Source: an endosymbiont of Galathealinum brachiosum
GTDB taxonomy: Bacteria > Pseudomonadota > Gammaproteobacteria > SZUA-229
Length of the DNA stretch: 64,000 nt
Assembly: GCA_003349885.1 (NCBI GenBank)
Contig: QFXC01000011.1
Span: 449,977 to 513,976, forward strand
Direction: 5' to 3'
Positions 1-9,303 of this stretch are shown piece after piece (within the stretch, counting starts at the first letter, position 1; each line of letters begins with the position of its first letter). The position numbers were made by a program, and so were the translations under genes. Below the pieces are notes generated by a model. It worked only from the letters and a program-made list of their open reading frames with translations. It did not search any database and had not been told where the DNA came from.

Positions 1-339
1 AGAAGCAGGTAACGTAGTTAAGCTAAAACGACTACGTCCTGATTTAATTAAAGCTTTATCCCCGTTTATTTCGATATTAAGTTCTGCATCAGAAGGCAGT
101 GCCTTACATATATCAAGAAGTTTTTTCGCAGGTAATGTAATTTCACCTGCTTCATCCATCATTTGATTAACAGTTGATACTAATTCAATTTCAAGATCCG
201 TTGTTGTCAAAGTGAAATGATTATCATTAGCCTTAATCAGTACATTGGAAAGAGCCGGTAATGTTTGTCTTTTTTCAACCGCTCCAATTACTTGCTGAAG
301 GGGTGTTAATAAATCATCACGTAGGATTTTTATCTTCAT
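1..339 (-). CDS. dnaN: DNA polymerase III beta sliding clamp, N-terminal part (runs off window start)
   Basis: Not in the ORF track. Manual translation from ATG at 339 gives MKIKILRDDLLTPLQQVIGAVEKRQTLPALSNVLI...TTTDLEIEL...ITLPAKKLLDICKALP...KSGRSRFSLTTLPA. Lies downstream of dnaA. Confidence 0.97.
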   Translation of the reverse strand, partial: MKIKILRDDLLTPLQQVIGAVEKRQTLPALSNVLIKANDNHFTLTTTDLEIELVSTVNQMMDEAGEITLPAKKLLDICKALPSDAELNIEINGDKALIKSGRSRFSLTTLPAS

Positions 340-582
340 GGGTGTTCCTAATTATTATATATATTTATATACTTAGTTATTATAATTAAGTCCACAGCTT
401 TCTGTGGATAACTTTAAAATAATCTTTATTTTCAATAACTTATTCAAAAAAATCATGCTGAGTAAGTTTTTAGTAAATTACCTGTAAACTGTAGACAGAA
501 TGTGGATAACTTAAGGTTCTAAATTTATTCACAACTACATACAATACTTATCCACAGGATTTAAATAAGTCATTTTAGCTTT
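340..582. other. Probable replication origin (oriC) in the dnaA-dnaN spacer
   Basis: AT-only run at about 351-389 (DUE-like), clustered DnaA boxes, and a near-consensus IHF site TTTCAATAACTTA at 430-442. Confidence 0.8.
403..556. promoter_or_regulatory. DnaA-box cluster
   Basis: TGTGGATAA at 403-411 and 501-509, TTATTCACA at 525-533, TTATCCACA at 548-556; weaker boxes near 389-397 and 440-448. Confidence 0.9.
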
Positions 583-1950
583 CTAATTACTCAGAATACG
601 CAATAAATTGGTGTAATCTTCATCAATTTTACTATCTGATTCTCTTAATTCAGCAATTTTTCTGCAACCATGTAAAACAGTAGTATGGTCACGGCCACCA
701 AATGCATTTCCAATTTCTGGCAGGCTATGGTTAGTTAATTCTTTGGATAACGCCATTGCAAGTTGTCGTGGACGGGTAATTGAGCGACTACGACTATTAG
801 AATGTAAATCTGAAATTCTTATCTTGTAATACTCTGCGACCGTTTTTTGAATATTTTCAATTGTAATTAAACGATCATGGAGTGCAATTAAATCTCGTAA
901 GGTATCTTTTGCAAATTCAAGCGTTACAGGTTTGCCGGTAAAATTTGCGGTTGCCATAACACGACGTAAAGAACCTTCAAGTTCACGAATGTTTGAACGT
1001 ATGCGTTTAGCTATGAAGAATGCAACTTCATTAGGCAGGGCTATACCGAACTCTTCGGCTTTCTTTTGTAATATGGCGACACGTGTTTCCAGTTCAGGAG
1101 GTTCAATGCAAACGGGTAAACCCCAGCCAAAACGTGATTTTAATCGTTCTTCAAGGCCATCTATTTCTTTAGGATATCGATCACAGGTAAGAATGATTTG
1201 TCTGCCGCCTTCAAGTAGCGCGTTAAAGGTATGAAAAAACTCTTCCTGCGAACGTTCTTTGCCAGCAAAAAACTGAATGTCATCAATAAGAAGCACATCG
1301 AGTGATCGATAAAATTGTTTAAATTCATCCATTGTATTGTGCTGTAACGCTTTGATCATGTGGGTAACAAAACGTTCTGAATGAAGATATACAATTCTGG
1401 CCTGAGGGTTATTGGCTAATATCTGGTTACCAACCGCATGCATTAAATGTGTTTTACCCAGGCCAACACCACCATAGAGAAAAAGTGGGTTATAAGATCC
1501 AGCTGGATTCTCTACTACCTGTAATGATGCTGCTTTAGCAAGCTGATTACTTTTACCCTCTATAAAATTATCAAAGGTAAAACCAATATTCAGGTGGTGC
1601 TCAACCTTAACATTAGAGGGTTTCGTAACCATTGATGGTTGAATAGGTTCAGGTGTTGAAACAGGTTGTGATGGTGGTGTCGGTGATTTGAATTGGGGTT
1701 TCGGGTTTTTACTACCAATATCAAGTGAAACAGAAATGTTTCGATCTGCAGATATTTCTTTGCAAATGGAGGTGATTTGTTGCAAAAAGTGCTGTTTAAC
1801 CCAGTCCATTACAAAACTATTCGGGGCGAACAAAGACAACTGATCATTCGACTCTTGAGTTTGCAAAGGTCGAATCCAGGTATTTAACTGTTGATCTGAT
1901 AGCTCCTGTTCTAATCGTTGTAGACACTGATCCCACAAAGCGCTCGACAC
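583..1950 (-). CDS. dnaA: Chromosomal replication initiator DnaA
   Basis: Walker [17 protein letters not shown], domain [13 protein letters not shown]; GTG start. Confidence 0.99.
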   Translation of the reverse strand: MSSALWDQCLQRLEQELSDQQLNTWIRPLQTQESNDQLSLFAPNSFVMDWVKQHFLQQITSICKEISADRNISVSLDIGSKNPKPQFKSPTPPSQPVSTPEPIQPSMVTKPSNVKVEHHLNIGFTFDNFIEGKSNQLAKAASLQVVENPAGSYNPLFLYGGVGLGKTHLMHAVGNQILANNPQARIVYLHSERFVTHMIKALQHNTMDEFKQFYRSLDVLLIDDIQFFAGKERSQEEFFHTFNALLEGGRQIILTCDRYPKEIDGLEERLKSRFGWGLPVCIEPPELETRVAILQKKAEEFGIALPNEVAFFIAKRIRSNIRELEGSLRRVMATANFTGKPVTLEFAKDTLRDLIALHDRLITIENIQKTVAEYYKIRISDLHSNSRSRSITRPRQLAMALSKELTNHSLPEIGNAFGGRDHTTVLHGCRKIAELRESDSKIDEDYTNLLRILSN

Positions 1951-2155
1951 GAAATTTAATCCCCGAATAAAGTAAATAGCATAACCTGCCCGTTATTAAT
2001 AAACGGCTTTTAATAGGTTATGGAAAGTGAACAGGCAATATTAACCCGCAATGTAATATCGTTAAACTACTATTTTTAGTGTTTTTATAAGTTTATCTGT
2101 ATATCCCCATAACAAAGCTAATTTTAAAGCCTTTTTAATATTTACTAATATTGTT

Positions 2156-2184
2156 TTGACTACTAGACCGACTGCGATTAGAAT
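2156..2184 (+). promoter_or_regulatory. Sigma70 promoter of the rpmH operon
   Basis: TTGACT (2156-2161), 17-nt spacer, TAGAAT (2179-2184), 40 nt upstream of the rpmH ATG. Confidence 0.7.
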
Positions 2185-2224
2185 ACATGCCCCAATTTTT
2201 CAAGATTATATTAGGTCCGGACCA

Positions 2225-2359
2225 ATGAAAAGAACCTTTCAACCAAGTCGCATTAAACGTGCACGTACTCATGGTTTTCGCGCGCGCAGTCGTACTGTTG
2301 GCGGTCGTAAAGTATTAAAAGCACGTCGCGCAAAAGGTAGAGCTCGTCTGTCTGCATAA
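2225..2359 (+). CDS. rpmH: 50S ribosomal protein L34 (44 aa)
   Basis: [21 protein letters not shown]...; true start is ATG 2225, not the 2156 start in the ORF track. Confidence 0.99.
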   Translation: MKRTFQPSRIKRARTHGFRARSRTVGGRKVLKARRAKGRARLSA

Positions 2360-2406
2360 GTTTTGCACAGGCTGATCTTTAGCATCCTTTATAGAAGTAC
2401 CAGGTA

Positions 2407-2826
2407 ATGACAGATGAAAATGCATGTTTTTCGAGACATGTTCGTCTGCTAAAACCAGATGAATTCAGCCGGGTCTTTAAAAACCCGGTTCGTTCCAGTG
2501 ATCGATATTTAACTATATTAGCGGTTGCTAGAGAGGGAGCGGATGTAGAAATTTCAGGTTTGAAGATCTCAGATCAAATTTCAAGTCCACGATTAGGTTT
2601 GGCTATTTCAAAAAAAAATGCCAAACGTGCAGTTGATCGAAATCGTATAAAACGCTTAATACGCGAGAGCTTTCGACAAAATTTACATGCTTTACCCTCA
2701 ATCGATCTAGTTGTGATGGCGAAACCCATTGCTAAAAAAGCAGAAAACCAGCAAATATTCCAATCCCTGGAACAACACTGGAATAAACTAGCCAGAAATT
2801 TTGAAACTCAGAGTGTTCAAAAATAG
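2407..2826 (+). CDS. rnpA: Ribonuclease P protein component
   Basis: [10 protein letters not shown] and the RNR motif [16 protein letters not shown]; canonical position. Confidence 0.97.
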   Translation: MTDENACFSRHVRLLKPDEFSRVFKNPVRSSDRYLTILAVAREGADVEISGLKISDQISSPRLGLAISKKNAKRAVDRNRIKRLIRESFRQNLHALPSIDLVVMAKPIAKKAENQQIFQSLEQHWNKLARNFETQSVQK

Positions 2827-2828
2827 CG

Positions 2829-3068
2829 ATGCGCAAAATTTTCATCGGACTTATTCGTTTTTACCAATACGCTATTAGTCCGTATTTACCACCTCATTGC
2901 AGATATACACCAACCTGTTCAACTTATGCAGTTGAAGCTATTGGTCGATTTGGTATATTGCGTGGTGGCTGGATGGCATTACGCCGGATTGGGCGTTGTC
3001 ACCCCTGGCAAGAAGGTGGTTATGACCCTCTTCCAGATGACAAGCATAAAACTGAATGTAACCACTAA
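2829..3068 (+). CDS. yidD: Membrane protein insertion efficiency factor
   Basis: [11 protein letters not shown]...RCHPW...GGYDP motifs. Confidence 0.97.
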   Translation: MRKIFIGLIRFYQYAISPYLPPHCRYTPTCSTYAVEAIGRFGILRGGWMALRRIGRCHPWQEGGYDPLPDDKHKTECNH

Positions 3069-3097
3069 ACGAATTATAAAAAGTAATCAGGATATCA

Positions 3098-4732
3098 ATG
3101 GAAAACCAACGCACCATTCTTTACCTCGCCTTCTTTTTTACTCTGTTTTTACTTTATCAGGAGTGGCAAAAAAGCTATGGGCCTCAACCTGTAGTAACAG
3201 ACATAGAAAATGCTGCTTCATCTGTTCCCGGTGCTGACGCTGATTTATCTTCTTTACCGCAAGCAGTTATTCCGACAGGAACAAAATCCATTAATGCGTC
3301 ACCTCTGGCATCAGAGGAAAATGTTTCTCGAAATGCTGTTCATGTGGTGACAGATGTGATGGATTTAATGATTGATACGCAGGGTGGCACAATTTATCAG
3401 TTAGATTTGCGTGATTATCAGTTAAGTGCAGAACAGATAGATAAACCATTCCGCTTATTTTCAACAAAAGAAAGTCTTTATCATACAGCTCAATCAGGCC
3501 TGGTTTCATCCGCTCACCCTGCGCCTAATCATAAAGATATTTACCAGGCAGAAAGAACTGAATATCGTCTGGAAGAAGGCACAGATGAACTGAAAGTAAC
3601 ATTGTACTGGCAAAAAGAAGGTGTAACAGTTAATAAAATTTTCACTTTCACTCGTGATAGTTATGTTATTGATGTTGAACATGTTGTGTCGGCACAAAAC
3701 TGGAATGGCTCGGAGTATCGTCAGTTAGTTCGATCATTACAGGAACGTGAGTCAACTATGATTCCTACTTATGTAGGTGGCGTTGTATTTAATGAAGAAA
3801 TTAAATATGAAAAAGTTGATTTTGATGATATCGAAGAGCAGAGCTTTAAAACAGATATGAAAGGTGGCTGGATAGCAATGATCCAGCATTATTTTATGTC
3901 TGCGTGGGTACCTGATCAGAAGCAGGAAAATTTTACGTATACCTCTCATCCAACGGGAAATCGATATATTCTGGGTATGCGCTCACCTGCAGTTAATGCC
4001 ACTGCACAAAGTCCGGCTGTATTTAATAGTCAGTTAGTTGTGGGTCCAAAGCTACAGGGCAAGCTGGAAGAAATTTCTCCAGGACTGGAACTAGTAGTTG
4101 ATTACGGCATATTAACCATTCTTGCAAAACCCCTATTCTGGTTATTAGAATTTTATCACTCCCAATTTAATAACTGGGGCTGGGCAATTATCTTTTTAAC
4201 CATAACGGTTAAAGCAGCTTTTTACTGGTTATCAGCAAAAGGTTATCGTTCTATGGCTCGCATGCGTAAAGTGGGCCCACGTATGCAGCAATTAAAAGAA
4301 CGTTATGGTGATGACCGCCAGCGCATGTCTGCAGAAATGATGAAAATGTATAAAGAAGAGAAAATAAACCCATTGGGTGGATGTTTCCCTATCCTGATAC
4401 AAATTCCCGTGTTTATTGCGCTTTACTGGGTATTACTAGAATCTGTTGAAATGCGTAATGCGCCATTTGCTCTATGGATTCAAAATTTATCAGAACAGGA
4501 TCCATATTTTATTCTGCCAATATTGATGGGTGCAACGATGTATATTCAGCAGAAACTGAACCCTGCACCGGTTGATCCCGTACAGCAGAAAGTATTCCAG
4601 TTTATGCCTCTGGTATTCACTATCTTCTTCCTGTTCTTCCCGGCGGGTCTGGTACTTTACTGGGTAGTGAATAATACACTTTCAATTATTCAGCAATGGA
4701 TTATTACCAGAAATATCGAATCTGAAAAGTAG
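3098..4732 (+). CDS. yidC: Membrane protein insertase YidC
   Basis: N-terminal TM, periplasmic domain, VDYG, NPLGGCFPILIQIPVFIALY, LYWVVNN. Confidence 0.99.
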   Translation: MENQRTILYLAFFFTLFLLYQEWQKSYGPQPVVTDIENAASSVPGADADLSSLPQAVIPTGTKSINASPLASEENVSRNAVHVVTDVMDLMIDTQGGTIYQLDLRDYQLSAEQIDKPFRLFSTKESLYHTAQSGLVSSAHPAPNHKDIYQAERTEYRLEEGTDELKVTLYWQKEGVTVNKIFTFTRDSYVIDVEHVVSAQNWNGSEYRQLVRSLQERESTMIPTYVGGVVFNEEIKYEKVDFDDIEEQSFKTDMKGGWIAMIQHYFMSAWVPDQKQENFTYTSHPTGNRYILGMRSPAVNATAQSPAVFNSQLVVGPKLQGKLEEISPGLELVVDYGILTILAKPLFWLLEFYHSQFNNWGWAIIFLTITVKAAFYWLSAKGYRSMARMRKVGPRMQQLKERYGDDRQRMSAEMMKMYKEEKINPLGGCFPILIQIPVFIALYWVLLESVEMRNAPFALWIQNLSEQDPYFILPILMGATMYIQQKLNPAPVDPVQQKVFQFMPLVFTIFFLFFPAGLVLYWVVNNTLSIIQQWIITRNIESEK

Positions 4733-4744
4733 TTCATCACTAAG

Positions 4745-4770
4745 GCACATATTCCCCGAGGGATATGTGT
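4745..4770 (+). other. Intercistronic hairpin between yidC and mnmE (no U-tract)
   Basis: GCACATAT-T-CCC / GGG-ATATGTGT stem. Confidence 0.45.
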
Positions 4771-4841
4771 CAGAGCAGGGTAATACTTTTCAGATTCAAA
4801 TCTTTATTTCAAAATCTTGTCATGGCAAGTAAACTCCTCAC

Positions 4842-6194
4842 ATGACGCATTCTAACAAAGATACAATTGCAGCTATTGCTACAGCTCCCGGCAGAGGTGG
4901 TGTGGGAATCGTTCGGGTATCTGGTCCGAAAAGTTTCGAAATAGCTAAAAAAATTCTGGGTAAAACGCCAAAAATACGCAAAGCGGAATATTTGCCGTTT
5001 AATGATAGTGATGATCAGGCTATCGACACAGGTATCGCGCTGCTTTTCCAAAATCCAAACTCATTCACCGGTGAAGATATATTAGAGCTACAGGCCCATG
5101 GTGGCCCAGTGGTGCTGGATATGATTCTTAAGCGTGTGCTTGAACTGGGTGCCAGACCCGCGCGAGCAGGTGAATTTACTGAGCAGGCATTTATAAATGA
5201 TAAAATGGATCTGGCTCAGGCAGAAGCTGTTGCCGATTTAATAGAAGCAGAATCAGCGGAGGCTGCTAAAGCTGCTGTTAAATCTTTGCAGGGTGAATTT
5301 TCTAAAACAATATATGATCTGGTAGAAAGCCTGATAGAACTTCGTTTATATGTCGAAGCATCATTAGATTTTCCAGAAGAAGAAATAGATTTTCTAAGTG
5401 ATGGAAAAGTAGAAGCTAAACTGGCTTTAATTGAAGCAGCTTTGTTAGCGGTTTTTAAATCGGCAAGGCAGGGCTGTTTGTTACGCGAAGGTATGACACT
5501 GGTTATAGCGGGTCGGCCTAATGCAGGTAAGTCGAGTTTATTAAATCAGTTAGCGGGTCGTGAATCAGCAATTGTTACTGATATTCCAGGCACAACACGG
5601 GATGTTTTGCGTGAACATATTCAAATTGATGGTTTACCCTTGCACGTAATAGACACGGCAGGATTACGTGAATCTGAAGATCCTATTGAACAGGAAGGTG
5701 TACGACGTGCCTGGAAAGAGATTGAACAGGCTGACAGAATTATATTATTAGTAGATGATACGCACCGAGATGATGATCACCTTGAAATAGAAGATAAACT
5801 ACCACGGCATATTGGAGTTACCCGCGTATTTAATAAAATTGATACTTCAGGTAGAAAGGCAGAATTAATCGAAATTGAATCTGAAACGGATATAGCCCTC
5901 AGCGCTAAAACCGGAGCAGGTATGGATATTTTAAAAAATCATCTGAAACAATGCATGGGGTATGAGCAGAGTAATGAAGGTCGTTTTATGGCAAGAAGAC
6001 GTCATATTGAAGCGCTGGAAAATGCAGATCAACATTTGCAAAGAGCAAGATATAATCTAATAGAGTTACAGGCGGGTGAATTATTAGCTGAAGAATTACG
6101 TATGGCGCAGGATTTTCTTAGTCAGATAACCGGTGAGTTTACTTCTGATGATTTACTAGGGAAGATTTTTTCAAGTTTCTGTATAGGAAAATAA
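4842..6194 (+). CDS. mnmE: tRNA modification GTPase MnmE (TrmE)
   Basis: [25 protein letters not shown] and C-terminal FCIGK. Confidence 0.99.
   Translation: MTHSNKDTIAAIATAPGRGGVGIVRVSGPKSFEIAKKILGKTPKIRKAEYLPFNDSDDQAIDTGIALLFQNPNSFTGEDILELQAHGGPVVLDMILKRVLELGARPARAGEFTEQAFINDKMDLAQAEAVADLIEAESAEAAKAAVKSLQGEFSKTIYDLVESLIELRLYVEASLDFPEEEIDFLSDGKVEAKLALIEAALLAVFKSARQGCLLREGMTLVIAGRPNAGKSSLLNQLAGRESAIVTDIPGTTRDVLREHIQIDGLPLHVIDTAGLRESEDPIEQEGVRRAWKEIEQADRIILLVDDTHRDDDHLEIEDKLPRHIGVTRVFNKIDTSGRKAELIEIESETDIALSAKTGAGMDILKNHLKQCMGYEQSNEGRFMARRRHIEALENADQHLQRARYNLIELQAGELLAEELRMAQDFLSQITGEFTSDDLLGKIFSSFCIGK
6177..6194 (+). repeat. attL core (last 18 bp of mnmE)
   Basis: TTCTGTATAGGAAAATAA; 14/18 identical to 11531-11548. 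Confidence 0.85.
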
Positions 6195-6204
6195 ATTAGT
6201 ATTC

Positions 6205-6290
6205 AATAAGATCTTATAACGTCTAATAAGATCTATTCTCTTTGATTTATCAATAATTTAGTGTCTCATAATGTCTTGCGAGGTCTAATA
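6205..6290 (+). repeat. Helically phased repeats in the attL arm (putative RDF/Xis sites)
   Basis: AATAAGATCT at 6205 and 6225; RTCT at 6211/6221/6231 and GTCT at 6263/6273/6283 (10-bp period). Confidence 0.55.
6248..6260 (+). promoter_or_regulatory. IHF site in the attL arm
   Basis: TATCAATAATTTA matches WATCAANNNNTTR exactly. Confidence 0.7.
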
Positions 6291-6305
6291 ATATCCAGTT
6301 AATAT

Positions 6306-6360
6306 TGTGCCCAATAGTGTGCCTATGATCATTTATTAATCAAAAGTCATGGGCACAAAT
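6306..6360. repeat. Integrase arm-type sites (left)
   Basis: GTGCCCAA at 6307 and GTGCCTAT at 6319 (12-bp period). ATGGGCACAAAT at 6349-6360 is the exact reverse complement of 11447-11458. Confidence 0.75.
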
Positions 6361-6380
6361 CATAAAGGTGGTATGTATTA

Positions 6381-7586
6381 ATGGCATTAACAGAAACTAA
6401 ACTTAAAAATCTTAAACCTCGTGTAAAGTCTTATCAAATGTCAGATGGAAATGGTCTTTTCATAGAAGTTATGTCAGGTGGTAAGAAGGTATGGCGCTTA
6501 CGCTATCGTCTGAATGGTGTTCAGGAAAAAGTTACTCTTGGAGAATATCCTGCATATACACTGCTTGAAGCCAGACAGTGGCGGGAAGAATGTAGAGGCA
6601 TGGTAGCTAAAGGTATTTCTCCAATGAAGGAGAAGCAGAAGAGCAAGGGCTTCTTGAGTGGGCAGATTTCAGTTATTGAGTTTTGTGATGTTTGGGTGTC
6701 GGAAGTAGTAAACAAGACAACGAAAGAACCTAAAAATATTCGTAGAGTATTGGATAAAGATGTAATTCCAGCTATTGGACGAAAAAAACTGCCTGAAGTT
6801 AGCATTTCTGATGTTCAGTCTATTATTGATGCGATAAAGGCTCGTGGGTCTGATCAAGTAGCATTATTAACAAGGAATGTTATGAAGAGGTTATTTGCAT
6901 ATGCTATTTCACGTGAGAAATGTAATTTTAATCCTGCTGCAGCAATCGAGGGACGGTATATAGCCAAAACAAAAAATCGTGATGTTGTATTAACACCTAA
7001 AGAAATTGGTAAGTTACTAAAAGTTATTTATATGTCATCTATGAAAAGATCTAACAAGTTGGCTCTTCATTTGTTGATTTTATGCATGGTAAGGAAGTCA
7101 GAGCTTCTTGAAGCAACTTGGGATGAAATAGATTTTAAAAAGTGCGTTTGGTGTATTCCTGCAAGGCGAATGAAAAAGGATAAGCCTCATGTTGTGTACC
7201 TTTCAAATCAAGCATTAAATATATTAACTGAACTAAAATCATTGAGTAGTAACTCAAGCTATGTATTACCAAGTCGTACTACACTGAATCGTCCTATTTC
7301 AAAAACTACTTTGAACGCTGCTATAAAATCTTTAGACCTACAAATCAGTGCTTTTGTAATACATGATTTTAGGCGAACAGCTTCTACTCACTTACATGAA
7401 GCGGGTTTCAATTCAGATTGGATCGAAAAATCATTGGCACATGAGCAAGGTGGTGTGCGTGGTGTTTACAACCGAGCAGAATATTCAGAACAACGTCAAA
7501 AAATGCTTCAATGGTGGGCTAATTTTGTAGATGATCAAATTGTTGATAGAGACAATGTTATTCTGGGGCGTTTTTCAAATGTCTGA
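6381..7586 (+). CDS. P4-like tyrosine integrase with N-terminal arm-binding domain
   Basis: N-terminal DGNGLFIEV...KKVWRLRYR; catalytic R (MVRKSEL), HDFRR, LAH and Y (GVYNRAEY) all intact. Confidence 0.97.
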   Translation: MALTETKLKNLKPRVKSYQMSDGNGLFIEVMSGGKKVWRLRYRLNGVQEKVTLGEYPAYTLLEARQWREECRGMVAKGISPMKEKQKSKGFLSGQISVIEFCDVWVSEVVNKTTKEPKNIRRVLDKDVIPAIGRKKLPEVSISDVQSIIDAIKARGSDQVALLTRNVMKRLFAYAISREKCNFNPAAAIEGRYIAKTKNRDVVLTPKEIGKLLKVIYMSSMKRSNKLALHLLILCMVRKSELLEATWDEIDFKKCVWCIPARRMKKDKPHVVYLSNQALNILTELKSLSSNSSYVLPSRTTLNRPISKTTLNAAIKSLDLQISAFVIHDFRRTASTHLHEAGFNSDWIEKSLAHEQGGVRGVYNRAEYSEQRQKMLQWWANFVDDQIVDRDNVILGRFSNV

Positions 7587-8016
7587 TAAACAGGATTATT
7601 ATTCACTGCCTACAGGCTGTGATGATGAATCTACAGCAGGGGCTGCTTTATCTACAGATGTTCAATTAGCTTTTAGCTTTAAAGTTGGTCAACTTGGTAA
7701 GGATAAGGTAAATGAAATTATTGAGACAGAAGGTTTGCTGACTAAAAGGGATTTTGTACGACATGAGTACGGATCAATTAAAAACGCTCTTGAACACGTG
7801 CATAATTTAGCGGTAAAACAAGATAAACAACAATCAAGATTGCCAAAAACAGATTATAAACTTTCAGCTTCAGATAGGCAGAAAGCATTAAATAGGGTAA
7901 AGGTACTAAAAGATAAAAACCTGTCACGTTCTGATGAAGATGTATTCAATCAGGTAGGTACTGAGTATGGTGTTGTATCCAGAACAATCCGAAGGTTAGT
8001 AAACAGTATGAAATAA
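7579..8016 (+). CDS. Hypothetical protein (145 aa), possible C-terminal helix-turn-helix
   Basis: ATG 7579 overlaps the int stop. C-terminal DEDVFNQVGTEYGVVSRTIRRLV is HTH-like. Confidence 0.55.
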   Translation: MSDKQDYYSLPTGCDDESTAGAALSTDVQLAFSFKVGQLGKDKVNEIIETEGLLTKRDFVRHEYGSIKNALEHVHNLAVKQDKQQSRLPKTDYKLSASDRQKALNRVKVLKDKNLSRSDEDVFNQVGTEYGVVSRTIRRLVNSMK

Positions 8017-8017
8017 T

Positions 8018-8039
8018 TTGACACCCTCTCGCGTGTCAA
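8018..8039. promoter_or_regulatory. Palindrome upstream of alpA (operator or back-to-back -35 boxes)
   Basis: TTGACAC-N8-GTGTCAA. Confidence 0.5.
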
Positions 8040-8092
8040 TCCTAAGACGTTATTAAATCTAACTGTGTTCAATGAGATCTATGAGGTCAAAC

Positions 8093-8302
8093 ATGGTTGA
8101 TTCAATATTACGTTTACCAATCGTAACTGCTCGTACAGGCCTATCACGAGCAACAATATATTTAAAAATTAAACAGAAAAGATTTCCTCAGCAAGTAGCT
8201 CTTGGTGGAAGAGCTGTAGGCTGGTGGGAAAGTGAAGTGAACTCTTGGTTAGATTCACTGGAACGTGTAAAGGAAGATCCATTGAGGGGGGTTAAGAAAT
8301 GA
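8093..8302 (+). CDS. alpA: AlpA-family regulator / recombination directionality factor
   Basis: ILRLPIVTARTGLSRATIY...FPQQVALGGRAVGWWESEV; GAGG RBS before ATG 8093. Confidence 0.92.
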   Translation: MVDSILRLPIVTARTGLSRATIYLKIKQKRFPQQVALGGRAVGWWESEVNSWLDSLERVKEDPLRGVKK

Positions 8303-8562
8303 TTCTCCCAATAGATGATAACTACAGAGTAGTTGGGAATGCGTACGGATGGTCGATCGAGAAAAAACGACCGTATAAAAAGACATCAAAGTGGGAACCG
8401 ATTAAATGGTTTGGTTCTTTAGAGCAGGCAATTAATGGATTAGGTAGATTATGGCTACGGACATCAGATGCAGAGACTTTGGAGTCTGCATTGTTAGAAG
8501 TTGAACGTATCTCAGCCAGACTAAGCCGAGCTTTAGATAAAGATTATTATCAAAGTCTTTGA
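8299..8562 (+). CDS. Phage-type hypothetical protein, DUF5405-like
   Basis: ATGA overlap with alpA. Pattern YRV..NAYGWSIEKK...WFGSLEQAI...SDAETLESAL resembles DUF5405 (by eye). Confidence 0.5.
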   Translation: MILPIDDNYRVVGNAYGWSIEKKRPYKKTSKWEPIKWFGSLEQAINGLGRLWLRTSDAETLESALLEVERISARLSRALDKDYYQSL

Positions 8563-8574
8563 GGGGTACCGACT

Positions 8575-9036
8575 ATGAGTAGTCGCAATGTAGTCCAGAT
8601 CACAGATATGGGAATTATCACCGATGAAAAGCCCCCATTAATTAAGCCAGGTGTATATGAGCTTGCATTTGTCGAATACCAAACAGCATTAATGTTTGGC
8701 CGTGCATCAAAGCTAATAATGAAATTTAGAATTGTGTCTTTAGGAGAGCATTTTGGAGTAGAACTATTTAGGTATTACAACATCCAGAACTTTTGTGGCA
8801 AACCTGGTAGAAGCGGAAAATTTAAAGCTGGTTGGAAAAGTGACTTTGCTCGCGAATATGCATCTTTGTTTGAAGAATTACCAAATAGAACAGACCGGTT
8901 TTCTATGTCACTGTATAAGGAAAAAATAATAAGGGGCAGGGTAACGACTGTCAAACAAGGTAGTCGACAGAGAAAATTGCATAATGTATGTCAGTACAGT
9001 GTTATTAATGAGTTAATGGAGGTAAAGAAGTTATAG
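8575..9036 (+). CDS. Hypothetical protein, DUF669-like / putative phage ssDNA-binding OB-fold
   Basis: PGVYELAFVEYQ...KLIMKFRIVSLGEHFGVELFRYYN fits the PxGxY...F.I..GE..G pattern of DUF669 proteins (by eye). Confidence 0.45.
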   Translation: MSSRNVVQITDMGIITDEKPPLIKPGVYELAFVEYQTALMFGRASKLIMKFRIVSLGEHFGVELFRYYNIQNFCGKPGRSGKFKAGWKSDFAREYASLFEELPNRTDRFSMSLYKEKIIRGRVTTVKQGSRQRKLHNVCQYSVINELMEVKKL

Positions 9037-9048
9037 TAAATAGTTTTA

Positions 9049-9077
9049 CCTGACCTATGCCTAAACCTACACCTACT
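9049..9077 (+). repeat. Hexamer tandem array CCTA(NN) x4
   Basis: CCTGA-CCTATG-CCTAAA-CCTACA-CCTACT, with CCTA at 9054, 9060, 9066, 9072. Confidence 0.7.
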
Positions 9078-9272
9078 TAAAAATCTCTGATAGCTTGATG
9101 ACACAGAGGATGTAAAGAGGTGTATTGGCAAAGCATTGGCCCTTTGGCTAAAAGTAGTGGGCTAATAATCTGACTACTAATGACTACTGCCCCAGATAGC
9201 TGAAGATTATCAAATTTAGATGCTGTTTGGGGGCCAAAATGACTAATAATTTATATATTGTTTGATTAATAT

Positions 9273-9285
9273 AATCAAAGACTTA
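9273..9285 (+). promoter_or_regulatory. Internal IHF-consensus site, identical to 11503-11515
   Basis: AATCAAAGACTTA. Confidence 0.6.
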
Positions 9286-9303
9286 GATCTTAAATGTGCA
9301 ATA

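Noticed and set aside
2156-2224. N-terminal extension of rpmH in the ORF track
   Set aside because: The TTG start is the -35 box of the promoter; L34 begins at ATG 2225.
6915-6930. parS-like sequence TATTTCACGTGAGAAA inside the integrase gene
   Set aside because: Three mismatches to TGTTTCACGTGAAACA, breaks the palindrome and lies in coding DNA of a mobile element. I saw no convincing parS in the window, though a by-eye scan can miss one.
9049-9190. Short repeats as a possible CRISPR array
   Set aside because: Units are 5-8 bp with no spacers of uniform length and no cas genes.
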